Below are positions 15,880 to 27,099 of a stretch of DNA of 64,000 nucleotides, in pieces. Source of the stretch: the human T2T-CHM13v2.0 reference genome, Homo sapiens. A program made the position numbers and the translations under genes. Each line of letters opens with the position of its first letter. Within the stretch, counting starts at the first letter, position 1. Below the pieces are notes generated by a model. The model ran no database searches. It saw only the letters and a list, made by a program, of their open reading frames with translations, and was not told the DNA's origin. The stretch lies in assembly GCF_009914755.1 (NCBI RefSeq), contig NC_060937.1; one strand, written 5' to 3'.

Positions 15880-17000
15880 CCAGTGAAACTATTTTGCTAA
15901 GGTTACCAATGACTTCCACTTTGCTAAATCTAAGGGCTACCTATTTGCCTCCATTTTTTCATGCATTCTGCAGCATTTCATAAACTCCTCTCTTTTGCCA
16001 TACACTTGTTTTTTAATGACATAAAGCCCAGTTTTCCTCCTGCCTCAGTACTAGGCCCTCTTCTCTTCTCTATCTACACACTTTTTCTATGAAATTTCCC
16101 ACAATGTCATCGTCTTAAATACTATCTGCATGACTCCAGATTTCTCCAGTCCTGTCCTGAGTTTTAGACTCATATATTCAATGATCTGCTATCACACTCA
16201 GCTGTATCCCACAGACTTCATACTTACTGTATTTATTATTATCAAAACTAGCCATCCACTTTCCTTCTCCCCTTAACCTGTTCTCTGCCTTCTCTACTAT
16301 CACCCATTCTGTTGCTTGGGTTATCTAAGGCACCACCCTTGATTTCCCTTTCCCTCATCTCCCGCATTTAATCCATTAATTTTACTTATGAAATGTATTT
16401 GGATCTGCCTGTCTCCACCATCACTCTAATGCAAACTAGCCACATCTCTGCCTACAACACACTTCTGAATAATCTTCTTACTTCCATTCTTGCCCTTTCA
16501 GTCTCTACAAAATAGGCAGAGTTAAAACAAAATTAAATCAGTCCTTGTCTGCTTTAAATCATCTCACGTCTTCCCATACATGATGTGGCCCCTACCTACT
16601 TGTCCAACTTGTTGCCTTTATATCCTCTCCCTCATCACAAGGCTCTTTCCAGCCACAGTGGCCTTTCTCTTCCTGAAACACACCACAATCACTTCTGCTA
16701 CAGGGCCTTTCATTTGCTCTTCCTTTTGCAAGGAATGTTCTTTTCCAAGACTTTGACACACATGGTCCCTTCTCTTTAGATGTTACTCCAATGTCACCTT
16801 CTCTGAGAGTCCTTCCTTGACCAATGTGAAATAGCCCCCCTCATAATCACTTTTACATGATTCTCTATTATTACAATAGTCACAACTCTATTAATATCTG
16901 GATTTATTTATGTCTTGTCGATTTTAGAATTTAAAAGCTCTATCCCCAAAGCCTCCCGTAGTATACAGTAGGTACCTAATAACTTTATTAAATACGTGAA
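15880..17000 (+). mobile_element. L2 fragment (further L2 pieces near 14520-15000 and 29040-29800)
   Basis: Pyrimidine-rich L2 phrases aaggttaccaatgacttccactttgctaaatc and aatgtcaccttctctgagagtccttccttgacc. Confidence 0.6.
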
Positions 17001-17772
17001 TTTTCCCCATTGCATTATTGTAAATCAACCAATTCTGATTAAGCACTTTGGTCCATGTCATATTTTGTATTAACAAGTCGTCAAAACACTCCTTAAATTT
17101 TCCAATCTAAGACTATTTCAGCACTCTAACCGCAGCCCCCAACACAAAATCTATCTATAGCATCCCACTTAAAACTGCTAAATATTCCATATGGATGAAG
17201 ATTCAATTTTCTTCCTCCTCTCCAAGCTAACGAACGCGTAGGCGGGAAAGGGGAATTTTACTGGCCACCTCAGCACCTGTTACATCTTCAATCAGTGAAG
17301 AGAGGTGCAGATGAGCCAGACAGCACATGGGAGACGTGGCCTTGCTTTCAGGAATTATATTTAGGTGAAACGTGAGTGATTTAAGCTAGAACTGCCCGAA
17401 TCCCCAATAAAGGCCGTCTACTTCATTTAGAAAAACAAGGTAAAATAATCTGTAGGAAGTAAAATACAGTCGGTTTCACTAAAATAAACCGATTTTGAGG
17501 CCCCCGGAAAATATTGCGGGTGGGGGTTGGAGACGGTCTATATATAACGGGAAAACGAGAGCAGCTCAGCAATAAAATAAAGCTCGACTCAGGCTCTCGG
17601 GGGTATCCTGAACCTGGAAGCGAGGTGGACGAGGAGGAGAAGCCACAGAACCCTGGGACCTCCGTTCACCGCTTCGGCCTCCACCGCAGGCACTTGGGGA
17701 AACTGCACAGATCTCTGGGTCCGCCTATCTCCCACTGCCATCCCTGCAAAGAGATATCCCCCGGATACTCAC

Positions 17773-17843
17773 ATGGGCTCGAGAGTCTTGCTGAGCCAGG
17801 ACTTGAGTGCCTCGAAGTTTTCAATGATCATTTTAGAAACCAT
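17773..17843 (-). CDS. RBM26: RBM26 first coding exon (23 codons + 2 nt, phase-2 donor), start of PWI domain
   Basis: Reverse complement is ATG GTT TCT AAA ATG ATC ATT GAA AAC TTC GAG GCA CTC AAG TCC TGG CTC AGC AAG ACT CTC GAG CCC AT|gtgagtat = MVSKMIIENFEALKSWLSKTLEP(I), which I recognise as the RBM26 N-terminus. GT donor at 17772-17771, in-frame TGA at 17867-17865 upstream of the ATG, inside a CpG island. Confidence 0.96.
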
Positions 17844-18300
17844 CCACAGCGGCCCTAAGGCCCGTCACACTCCTCCGCCCGCCCAGGTCGCGGCCGCTAC
17901 AGCCGCCGCTGCCCCCGCCCCCTCCTCCGCGCGCCGCCCGCGTGGGCCGCGGTGGGAGGCGCCGGTGGCAGGTTCCCGCGGGCCCCGGTCGGCGAACAGC
18001 TCTGCAAGGACCGCCGCAGGCCACAAGTGCACGGGGTGCCAGGAGCTCCCCGTCCCCGGCCCCCAGCCCGGGCTGAAACAGCAACGGTTTGCCCGGGCCC
18101 TCCCCCTTCCCTCTTCCCCAGCAAATCTACCCAGACCGGAAGCGCGACACGCGCTTAGACCCGAGCCTTCTCTCAGCCTCGGGACCAGGTGCTTGTTGGC
18201 TACGTCGAAAAGGCAAAAGTAAAGAAAGCGAAGGCGAAGGGCAGCTCAATGGGAACGATTCAGGGGGTCTTCCCGGCTCCCAGCACCCCCAAGAAGATGG
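17844..18300 (-). other. RBM26: GC-rich RBM26 5'UTR portion of exon 1 (TSS approximate)
   Basis: Contiguous GC-rich sequence upstream of the ATG with no minus-strand ATG. The 5' end is inferred from the promoter motif cluster near 18.3 kb. Confidence 0.6.
18135..18144 (+). promoter_or_regulatory. ETS/GABPA-like motif ACCGGAAGCG
   Basis: CCGGAAG core within the CpG island. Confidence 0.5.
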
Positions 18301-18305
18301 CTGCC
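18294..18305 (+). promoter_or_regulatory. YY1-like motif AAGATGGCTGCC
   Basis: Matches the AAGATGGC core, 6 bp from the CGCG element. Confidence 0.6.
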
Positions 18306-18311
18306 GATAAA

Positions 18312-18321
18312 TCTCGCGAGA
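18312..18321. promoter_or_regulatory. TCTCGCGAGA palindrome (BANP / ZBTB33-associated CGCG element); partial second copy TCTCGCG at 18332-18338
   Basis: Exact 10-bp match seen. The motif is known from bidirectional CpG-island housekeeping promoters. Confidence 0.8.
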
Positions 18322-19384
18322 ATTGATGAAGTCTCGCGGTGGCTCCCGGAGCCTGCTGGGAGAGACGTAAGGTCGGCGGAGAATGCGCGGGTCGAGTGCT
18401 GTAGTTCGATTTTTGCGTGTGTGCGTTGCTTGCGGCCTTTGTGCCTTTTTATTCTTTGCTTACCTTTATGATATAAAGACCTTATTTCTTACAAGGAGGA
18501 AAAGACCGCTGACTTCAGAAACAGCGGGAACCCCAGCTCGTCCCCGGTAAGACGGCCGTGGCCTGTCAGCTGGAACGGTCCTGCCGGATGGATCGCTCTT
18601 TGAGAGCGTACACTCCCGCGTGCGCGACACCAGGCGGCCCGTAGGTTCCAGGTGCCGAGCACACTACCTCCTCAGTTTACCTAAGTGCCCTACCAGTATC
18701 ATATTCTGTGTATGCTGTGATGTGAACGAGGTTTGTAAACACAGGCTGGTCTAATGGAGCCCAATGAGACCGCCAGAGGATTAGTGTCTTGTCCAACAGT
18801 ACTTGACTTGCTGGTAGAGCCCTAATGACTGAGGGCTGCCCACAAGGGAAAGGTGAGAGAACCTTCACGTCTCTCAGGTAGTTTCCAGCCTGCACTTTCC
18901 CCCAGCTAAAGATAAGTTTTGTTATTTTTAAAATTCTCTTTATTTAGAGCAAATTCAGCCCTATCTCAGATCGGGAAATTATATAGTATCAAAAGAGAGA
19001 GTCTTCATATTAGCAACCCAAATAAATAAACTATTTTCCTGGGTGATCAAATAAGTTTGATTCCTGCTTGAGTTCTATTTAGATACTAGGTGGAATTTTA
19101 CAAAGGGTCTACGATCCATGAACTGTAATGGAATGAAAATATTTACAATCTAAAGACATTTTCAGTAAGTAGATCAATAAAAGCTCTTTATGAGAGACAC
19201 CGATAGGCTAAATTGTTCTTAGGAACTCTTGAGTTTATAATTTGCTAGAGTGAAGTGTCTTTAAGGATTAGGTGGAAAGATTATGAACTACAAAGCAAGA
19301 CATTTGTTTTAAAATACAGCATATAGAGTAGAATACAAATTAGAATCCAGCTACTGAATAACCAGGGTGTTGATTAAAGTGATT

Positions 19385-19690
19385 TAGCTGAGTGAAATAA
19401 ACCAGACATGAAAGGACAAATATTATGATTCCACTTACATTAAGTACCTAGAGTAGTCAAAACTCCTAGAGACAGAAGGTGGAATGGTAGCAAGAGCAGG
19501 GGTGGAGAGGGTGCCCAGGAGAAGGGGAAATGAGGAGTTATATTTCAGTGGATAATAGAATTTCAGTTTAGGATGATTTAGATTCTGGAGATGAGTGGTG
19601 TTGTGTGGGTTGAACAATATGAATGTACTTAATGCAGTGGACCATATACTTAATGAAAACGGTAGGTTTTATATGTATTTTACAATAAAA
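19385..19690 (+). mobile_element. L1MB-like 3' end
   Basis: gctgagtgaaataaaccagaca...gattccacttacat...tagagacagaag...tgaatgtacttaatgc...aataaaa. Confidence 0.75.
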
Positions 19691-20315
19691 ATTGTTTATA
19701 AATTTAATACTGCCGAAAGTTAAAATTATATTTGTTTAGTCTGTTTGTTGTAGCCTTGCCACAGGCTGACGCCACCAATATTTTCAACCTTATCACCAGC
19801 TACTCCATTACTCTGGCTCTCCACTTCAGCCTTCCAAAGCTTCTATCAAATACTGTATACCCCAGATAAACTGATTTGCTCACCCTCCCTTTCTCCAAAC
19901 ATTTGTTCACTTTATTTTCCACAGAGAACGCTTCTACTTCTTTCCCTGACTGCTCAAACTTTGCCCATCCATCTCTCATACCGCTGTCACTGTCTTATTT
20001 AAAGTCTTTTATTCTTCCTAAATAATAGCAAAAACCTTTTAATATCTTTGCCTTTTATGCTGACCTCCATCTCAGTTCATCTTCAGTTGCCCTCATCATC
20101 ATTGCCTTTAATAGCAGTAATTCTAAAATTTTGATCTAATCATGTCACTTTCTTGCTTAAAATCTTCAACTTCCACATTATCTTTAGAATAAAACACATT
20201 ATTTAACATCCTATAAAGGGACTTTCATAAATCAGACACCTTCCTTTTTGCCTAGAAACTCCTTTCAGTCTTTGCTCCAGCCATCCTAAACTATTTTGAG
20301 TTCCTTAAAATAAGT

Positions 20316-20735
20316 TGTTCCATGAAAAGGCCCTTTATGCAAAGTGCCCCCCAAACATCAAAGGAGAAATCAAATGAACAAAGCAGACAAATCCAGTTTG
20401 GTCAGTAAAGAGTGTTTTGTTGGGGGTAACTTACAGACAGAAGCATGGTCTTCAGTGGCAGCAAGACAGGTAGATGTCTGCCCTTTTACTCCCCAGACCA
20501 GTACTTACATGCCATAAGGAAAGGGTGTACGTACTCTATAGAGACATTTAAAGGCAACCCTCCAGACAGGCAAGAATGCTATATGCATCATAGCCTGTAA
20601 TTTGTGTGATAACATCAGGGTTGCTTTGTTGTTAAACTAAGGACAGTAAATAAAGTAATAATCACAGGGCTGGGGTTAATCAGAAGGCAACATGACAAAT
20701 TAGCATTCAAGAGGGAGTAAACGTTTGTCTCCACA
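20316..20735 (-). mobile_element. ERVL solo LTR (LTR47-like)
   Basis: TG...CA ends; 5-bp TSD taagt/gaagt; reverse strand begins TGTGGAGACAAACGTTTACTCCCTCTTGAATGCTAAT. Confidence 0.75.
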
Positions 20736-21024
20736 GAAGTGTGTCCTCTCACTAAATTGAGCCATTGCAAAATGTGTTTCTCTACCTTTCATTTGATAGA
20801 TTCCTACTTAAGCGTCAAAATGCAGTGCATACAGCATTGCCTTTGGAAATCCATCTTTGACCTCCCTTCTGTAAAGCGAGAGTCCCTCTGAGATTTTCTG
20901 ACATCAGCCTGTGATTGCTTCTTTTATAGCACTCATAGCTTTATTTTTGCAAGTATGTGATTATCTGTTCTTTAGTGGATTATAGCTTTGAATCCCCCGC
21001 TTCAAGAACAGCTGCTAATATATA

Positions 21025-21676
21025 CAGCCAATCCTTATTCACGGTGGTTCTGTAAAAAAGCCACAAATGCTGAATTAGTGAATATGGAACCATTGCTCCT
21101 AGGAGAAATGCAGGATTAGGTTCCTTCAAGCCTCTTATTAAATGTTTGTCAACCAGCCCATAAATACCTTGTTTTATGTGTGTTTCTTTTTAAAGGCACC
21201 TTATGTAGGAAAAAAAAAATTTTTAAGGCACCTTATTTAATATAGTTGATTCATTAACATTGAACTCACAGCCAGTGGCACTATAACTCATGCTTACCTG
21301 GCGTATGTATTTTCTCTTTAAAAAGAAAGAAGAGCCTTCTGGCACTTAGGGACCCAGATAGCCTCATCACTACACTTGGGGGGCATTTTAAACAGTGAAA
21401 TCACAAAAAGGTCAAAAATGCAACAAATGTGGCCTTAAATAGACCATGAAAAGGACACTTGTTTCCAGTGTGAGAGCTAAAACAGGAAGGCAGAGCATCC
21501 CCTTGTTTCACCAAAGCTGGGAACATGTGCATCAGGTGACTCAAATTTTTTTGCCTCTGTTCATGTCGACAGATGACTGCAAAAGCATTCCAAGTATTGA
21601 TTTGGGCATTGCAAATAAATTTTAGCAAGTAGGCAAACTCACAAATACAGAATCTGTAAGTAATAAGGATTAACTA
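21025..21676. mobile_element. MER82 (TcMar-Tigger) DNA transposon, near full length
   Basis: TA-flanked, decayed TIRs; internal gaaccattgctcctaggagaaa and gaaaaggacacttgtttccagtgtgagagc. Confidence 0.8.
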
Positions 21677-22790
21677 TATTTTTTGAATGACCAAAGGAAG
21701 CCGTACCACTTCCATGAAACCTTTCCTGGCCACTGTGGCTGATAGCAGTATCTTCCTCCTCTAAATTTATGGTACAGTGCTTATTATCACTTCACAGTTA
21801 GTCATTTTTGCTTCCTAGAATGCTTCTCTTCCTTAACCATTAACATTTATCCTTCGTTTATCCCTGCTTCATCTTCTTTGGCCCTGCCTTCAAAGGTGAC
21901 AATTAGCTGATGTAATCATCAATTCTACTAAGAGAAGACTAAACAGCTGCTGTGGACTACTTTCTCTATTCAGTAACATGTACATTTTGGAATGTCCAGT
22001 ATTAGGTTGCCTGCTTAACGTTTTCCAATACACCATGTTCTTTCAAGGCCATGTGACTTTATTAGCACTGTTCCTTTTGCCAGAATGATTTTCCTTATTG
22101 CTCAAATGTCAGTACCTCAATGATACCCTGGACAAAGGTCTAGCTCCCTACCTGTAGAACAGGAGTTAAAACATTTACTGGGAAGAGATTGTGAGGACAG
22201 ATAAAAATAAAACATTTTATTTAGTTTTCTCATCTTTCTCGGCCTTGTGAGCTCTTTTAAGGACTGGACTCAAGTTTATTCCTCTTTCTACGTCCTGCAC
22301 TTAACTCAGTGTCTGAAACTCAAAAAATGTTTATTGAAGACACATGCTTCGTTTTAAATAGGAAGGAAGCAGAGGCAGGAGAAAATATTTTAGATAGGCA
22401 AGAGAATGATATGCCCTCTAACAGATCTGTATTTCTTTATGGTTTATTACCATAAGTTGCCTTCATCTTTTAGCTGCACCGATCCCAGGAATATTCTCTA
22501 TAGTGTGCTGAACTCCTCCTCAGGTTTTTCCAGCTCTCTCCTCTAGTTGAATACAGTCTTACTACTCTCAATAGTGCTTTTGAAGTCTTGTTTAAAAACA
22601 GTCAGCATTTCCGGATCAAAAAGAGATTCTGTATTTTCTTCTATTTCTTTTGCAGTCCATTACTCTACTTAGAATCACACTTAAGTATTTATTCTCTCTG
22701 TAATACATCCCTGTTTGTGGTGTAAAGTGAGGATCTAGGCCATTTTTTTTTTCTATAAGTCTACTCACTCAGTTCATTCTTTCCTGTTGA

Positions 22791-23085
<295 letters not shown>

Positions 23086-23301
23086 TCCTTCCTGTTTGAT
23101 TTTTGATGCCACTTATATCTTTCTGTTTTCATTTCATTTGTGTTCTGCTTCTGACCTATTTTTCAATTGGTCAGCTTGTCTGTGACTACTCCAGTACTAT
23201 GTTGCTTTTATTTACTATTGTATTATAGAATATCTTAATATATAATAAGGCAAATCCCTCTTTGCTCTTTTTCAAATTTAGCTTGGCTAAATATGAATCT
23301 T

Positions 23302-23578
23302 GGTCTGGCACAGTGGCTCACACCTATAACCCCAGCACTTTGGGAGGCCGAGGCAGGCGGATCACTTGAGGTCAGGAGTTCAAGACCGGCCTGGCCAACA
23401 TAGTGAAACCCCATCTCTACTAAAAATACAAAAATTAGCCAGGTGTGTTGGCACACACCTGTAGTACCCAGCCCAGAGGCTGAGGTGGGAGAATCGCTTG
23501 AACCTGGGAAGTGGAGTTGTCGGTGAGCCGAGATTGAGCCACTGTACTCCAGCCTTGGCGACAGAGTGAAACTACGTC

Positions 23579-23617
<39 letters not shown>

Positions 23618-23618
23618 A
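23302..23618 (+). mobile_element. AluSz-like with (TAAA)n tail
   Basis: Full dimer; decayed TSD aaatatgaatctt/aaatgtgaacctt. Confidence 0.92.
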
Positions 23619-23734
23619 TGTGAACCTTTAGTTTCCAAATACATAGAACAAGATTGTTGAACTTGTAAACAAAAAATTCTTCATCATTGAAGTTATGGAT
23701 TAATTTGGATTGAATTGACATCCTACAGTGTATA

Positions 23735-24107
23735 GCAGTCACAGAGGTGTGCAGTTCAGATCTCCCTTCAAGAAAGGACTCACTGCCCAACTGCAAGGAG
23801 GATAGTTACCTGACAGCTTCCAGTTGTTAACTCTTTCTAGGTTCACCTCAGCTTTCAAGTTGAAGTTACACTGTTCTCAGGGAAAACCCTCTCCCCCATG
23901 CCCATCCGCAGCTCAAGACTGAGCAAGGGATAAGGACCTGCTCGATATTGGGATGGCAGAAGTATTGTCCGACCTGCATGGTAATCTAATGGCTCTCCCA
24001 CCCAATTCTGCTTCCCCCCTTTCCATTTCACAGGTGCTACTTTCCAGTAAACTTTTTGCACTTTTAACCCCATCTCAGCATCCACTCCCCAGAGAACACC
24101 ATAACAC
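23735..24107 (+). mobile_element. ERVL LTR16-like solo LTR
   Basis: cagatctcccttcaagaaaggact...agtaaactttttgcac...ccatctcagcatccactcccagagaac. Confidence 0.6.
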
Positions 24108-24828
24108 AAATTTAATCATCTGATTCATTCTATTTTTGTACATTTTAAAAATCGTAGTTAATAATAAAATTATAAGTATTATGAAAGAGGAAACTAAGAA
24201 CCATTTTAGCAATTTAGACTGTAAAGGCTCAAGCATGGTTTCTCTAAGGATATGATATTTAAATGGTTAAGAAAAGTGAATAATGAGTAAAAGTCGAAAC
24301 AAGAACATTCCAGCATACATAATAGCTTGTAGGATGTTCCTGAGGTAAAGAAGAGTCAGGATCTTAAGGACAGAGTGGTGGGAGGGTATCAAATTGGGGA
24401 CATAGGGAATGGCTGTCAGTCAAGTTAGAGGTAAAAAAATTTCATGTTAAGATTTTGGAACTGGATTTTATTTAAAATAATGATGCGAAGCCATTGAAAG
24501 GTTTTTGGTGTGACAGGATAAATTTAAAATATGAACACACCAACGCATACTTCTTTTAAGAAAGAACCTGATTAAATTTGGGAATTTTAAAATAAAAACA
24601 GGAAGCATATCGTACTCTAATATAATAATTCAAGGGTTTTTATTTTCCTAGAAGATCAAGGTCATGTTAATAAAGGGAATATAGTTTTCTTATCTGTGTT
24701 AAGACACTGATGACTTGCAAAGAAAAGTAACACTTTTGTGATATCCTTAGGTAATTCAAGAGGAAACGCTTGAGCAATTACTGATGTTGTAAACTGGGAT
24801 CAGAAGACATACATGGTATCGTATCCCA

Positions 24829-25141
24829 GGCAAGGCACAGTGGCTTACACCTGTAATCCCAGCACTTTGGGAGGCTGAAGAAGGCAGATCACTTGAGGTC
24901 AGGAGTTCGAGACCAGCCTGGCTTACATGGTGAAACCCATCTCTACTGAACATACAAAAATTAGCTGGACATGGTGGTGAGTTCCTGTAATCCCAGCTAC
25001 TTGGAAGGGAGGCTGAGGCAGGAGAATCACTTGAACCCAGGACGCAGAGGTTGCAGTGAACCGAGATTGCGCCACTGTACTCCAGCCTGAGCAACAGGGC
25101 AATAGAGCGAGACTCCATCTCAAAAAAAAAAAAAAAAAAAA
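24829..25141 (+). mobile_element. AluSz-like
   Basis: Full dimer with A-tail. Confidence 0.93.
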
Positions 25142-25202
25142 CCATACTATCATATCCCCCTAAATTGAACCAGAGCACTTCTGGCATAAAAAGCTTTTTT
25201 AA

Positions 25203-25494
25203 GGCCGAGCGCAGTGGCTCACGCCTGTAATCCCAGCACTTTGGGAGGCTGACGGGTGGATTACCTGAGGTCAGGAGTTTGAGACCAGCCTGGCCAACAT
25301 GGCAAAACCATGTCTCTATTATAATACAAAAATTAGCCAAGCCCAGTGGCACACACCTGTAATCCCAGCTACTTGGAAGGCCGAGGCAGGAGAATCACTT
25401 GAACACAGGAGGCGAAGGTTGCAGCAAGCCAAGATCACGCCACTGCACTCCAGCCTGGGAAACAGACTGAGACCCTGTCTCAAAAAAACAAAAA
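25203..25494 (+). mobile_element. AluSx-like, TSD AAAAAGCTTTTTT
   Basis: TSD copies start at 25188 and 25490. Confidence 0.93.
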
Positions 25495-25496
25495 GC

Positions 25497-25805
25497 TTTT
25501 TTTGTTTTTTGTTTTTTATGTGTGTGTGATGGAGTCTCTCTGTGTCACCCAGGCTAGAGTGCGGTGGCATAATCTCAGCTCACTACAACCTCTGCCTCCT
25601 GGGCTCAAGTGATCCTCTCACCTCAGCCTCCTGAGTAACTGGGACCACAGGCACATGCCACCCACGCCTGGCTAATTTTCTTTTTGTATTTTTGGTAGAC
25701 AGGGTTTCACCATGTTGCCCAGGCTGATCTCTTGAGCTCAAGTGATCTGCCTGCCTTGGCCTCTCAAAGTGCTGGGATTACAGGCATGAGTCACCACACC
25801 TAGCT
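25497..25805 (-). mobile_element. AluJ, tail-to-tail with the preceding Alu
   Basis: J-type gggctcaagtgatcctctcacctcagcc; AAAAAGCTTT repeated at 25806-25815. Confidence 0.92.
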
Positions 25806-27099
25806 AAAAAGCTTTGAGAGGCAATCACCAACTCTTCAGTGGGCACTGTTTATACCCATGATTAATTATGACTCCATCTCCATAGGTGCTGTGGAACTGT
25901 TTATGGATGTGGTTATGGTGGGTAATAACATTAAAAAGGTATATATACATATATTGCATGTTCATACGCACACACATGCAGACACTCACAAAGTCTCCCA
26001 TACAAACTGTCAAATGAGGACAGGTAAGTGTCCTCAGAGGAAAAACATGTATGTAATATTATTAAAAATCATATTAGTGATATGATGTGATACTTGTGCT
26101 ATCAAAATGATTTGAAATGGAATAAGGAGAGAGAGTAGAGTATCAATGAAATAAGATTGGCTATGAGTTGATTGTGGTTGAAACTGGATGATGGGGATGG
26201 TTATAATTCTTTCAGCTCTTACATATTGAAATTTTCCATAATAAAAAACCTTTAAAAAAAATCTGTTAAGGCGGAGAGACCCAGAAAACAAAAAGATCTC
26301 TGGGAAGGCCTAACAGACTGGCTACAATGGAAGTTCCAGGAAAGCAGAGATTTTGCCTCTTTTCTGCAAATGTATCTCTTGCGCTTAGAGAAGTTGATAG
26401 CACATGGCAGGTTCTCTTGTTGAATGAATGAATTGGAGAATAAAACCCGTAACCTAGGTGACAGTCTGTCAGCTCAGACAGAGTCAAGAATCCTTGGGTT
26501 CACTCACCTGTCACTACAAATGGCATTTGTTAGTTATTATAAGAATAAATACTTAAAGAAAACCTATTCAAGAGAAAGCAGATTCATAAACTTCCACCAT
26601 GGATTTCATAAGTAGGTATATACATGCTTATATGCATATGATCCCACCTAGAAAGCTGCTATCATATCATTTCATTTCATTCCTTTTTTTTTCAACAAAT
26701 ATTTATTGTAGAGGTATCTCTGTCTTTCAAGCCAAAAATCAGGGGAAAAAAAATCAGAAAAGAAATCTTATTTGCTTATTAATTGAAGTGTGGGAAGACA
26801 CAGATAATCTTTTGAAGAAAATTCACCTTTACATATTGTTCTTAGTTCCTTAGTAGCCTTAGGACAAAACTGTTAAAAAGGTAATGATGTAGAACCTTAA
26901 TTAGGGCTTTTGAAATTTGAAGCCATTTTTATTGGGGGCCAGAACCTAAGCCAGGAAAACAACCAATAACATTGCAATAACAAACATCAGGCATAATGAA
27001 TGCCCTTAGGAGACACACTCTAAAGTTTTAAAGCTGCACTATCCCATTCCTCCAGACAACAAAGAGAAAAAACAATCTACATCACCCACAAACAATAGT

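Larger units (their letters stand above)
17480..18680. promoter_or_regulatory. CpG island / bidirectional promoter
   Basis: Only CpG-dense unique stretch in the window; contains the first exon, GC boxes (CCGCCC) and a plus-strand donor at 18546/7. Confidence 0.9.

Noticed and set aside
17773-18222. 149-aa plus-strand ORF over the CpG island
   Set aside because: Antisense to the real RBM26 exon; Pro/Ala/Arg-rich product typical of stop-poor GC DNA; its ATG is an incidental plus-strand triplet at the exon end.
24756-25352. Longest ORF (198 aa) and the other Alu-like ORFs
   Set aside because: Translations of Alu repeats ([21 protein letters not shown]).
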